The notes under the pieces are model-generated. The model made no database searches and had not been told where the DNA came from. It worked only from the letters and a program-made list of their open reading frames with translations. 64,000 nt of DNA from a virus, in IMG/VR virus record IMGVR_UViG_3300025133_000023; one strand, given 5' to 3'. Below, piece after piece: positions 63,444 to 64,000 of this stretch. Positions within the stretch are counted from its first letter, which is position 1; every line of letters starts with the position of its first letter. A program made the translations under genes and the position numbers.

Positions 63444-64000
63444 TATTCAGAAGTCTCCTTATCAAATCTCCACTTATCGTCGAGCGTCATATCGCCCTTA
63501 TAAGCAGTAGCAACATTGTAGCCATGTAGCTGTGCAGCTAGAATCTGGGATAGGCGTCCCTCGCGAGCGTTCTTAATAGCTGACTTAGCATTCCCTGCAA
63601 AGTTATCCCAGCCAGTCTCAAACAAATCTTCTGGAATTCCTGCAATCCAAGGCTCTCCATTCCTCATAAGAGGAACAACATTAACAGCGATCTGCTGTTT
63701 AGCCCAGAACCAAAAGTTGTACATGTTAAGGAAAGTGTCAGCAACCTTAGGCTCAAACACGGAGGCAGCTGCCTCAATCACTACTTTAGCCCTTTCAGGC
63801 CTGTTCTCAATCTCGTTAGCAATACTGCCGGTAGTTACTCTTGGGACACCTCCAATAAAGTTAACGATGTTCTGCTGGAAGAAAGAGCCTGTGCTCCAGA
63901 GCCCGCTCCCCAACTTAGCCCGATTTAGACGATTAAGAATAACACCAGCAGATAGCCCGCTCAATACTGGGAAGCTGGCTACCTCATTGGAAATAACGAC
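63443..64000 (-). CDS. C-terminal part of a gene extending beyond the window (baseplate hub/tail region, by position)
   Basis: The frame is open to nt 64000 (VVISNEVASFPVLSGLS...). Confidence 0.55.
   Translation of the reverse strand, partial: VVISNEVASFPVLSGLSAGVILNRLNRAKLGSGLWSTGSFFQQNIVNFIGGVPRVTTGSIANEIENRPERAKVVIEAAASVFEPKVADTFLNMYNFWFWAKQQIAVNVVPLMRNGEPWIAGIPEDLFETGWDNFAGNAKSAIKNAREGRLSQILAAQLHGYNVATAYKGDMTLDDKWRFDKETSE

Noticed and set aside
1-64000. Stop-codon reassignment, as in some large phages
   Set aside because: Conserved genes are full length in code 11 and end at TAG (nrdJ, dnaE), TGA and TAA with tight coupling to the next gene.
1-64000. CRISPR array, tRNA or rRNA genes
   Set aside because: No repeat-spacer periodicity or cloverleaf was seen; intergenic gaps are mostly under 100 nt. 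Checked by eye only.

Overview
A 64-kb internal fragment of a large, probably jumbo, tailed phage with a contractile-tail (myovirus-type) baseplate. Genes read through cleanly in the standard genetic code and form two convergent arms. The + strand arm (1-29046) carries replication, recombination and nucleotide-pool genes: class II RNR, RecA, IMPDH/GMPR, Nudix, DnaE, Cas4-like exonuclease, primase-helicase fusion, RusA, ClpP and DHFR. It also has a sugar-phosphate set (GmhB, HldE-type kinase, HAD-type phosphomannomutase, cupin) and ends in an array of five small paralogous ORFs. The - strand arm (64000-28940) runs from baseplate and tail genes directly into a roughly 11-kb nucleotide-sugar and glycosyltransferase block, then an FtsZ/tubulin-family GTPase, IscA and holin-like genes. 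That block comprises GT9, GT4, an LpxA-like acyltransferase, a WbpA-like dehydrogenase, GSCFA, Gfo/Idh/MocA, two GT2s, DegT and Gmd. The most notable observations are (1) the tail-coupled rare-sugar glycosylation system, (2) a recoded duplicate of the gmd start flanking a zinc-finger fragment, plus a separate HNH remnant, both possible homing-endonuclease scars, and (3) the small-ORF paralog array. All assignments come from motif recognition by eye; no database searches were run.
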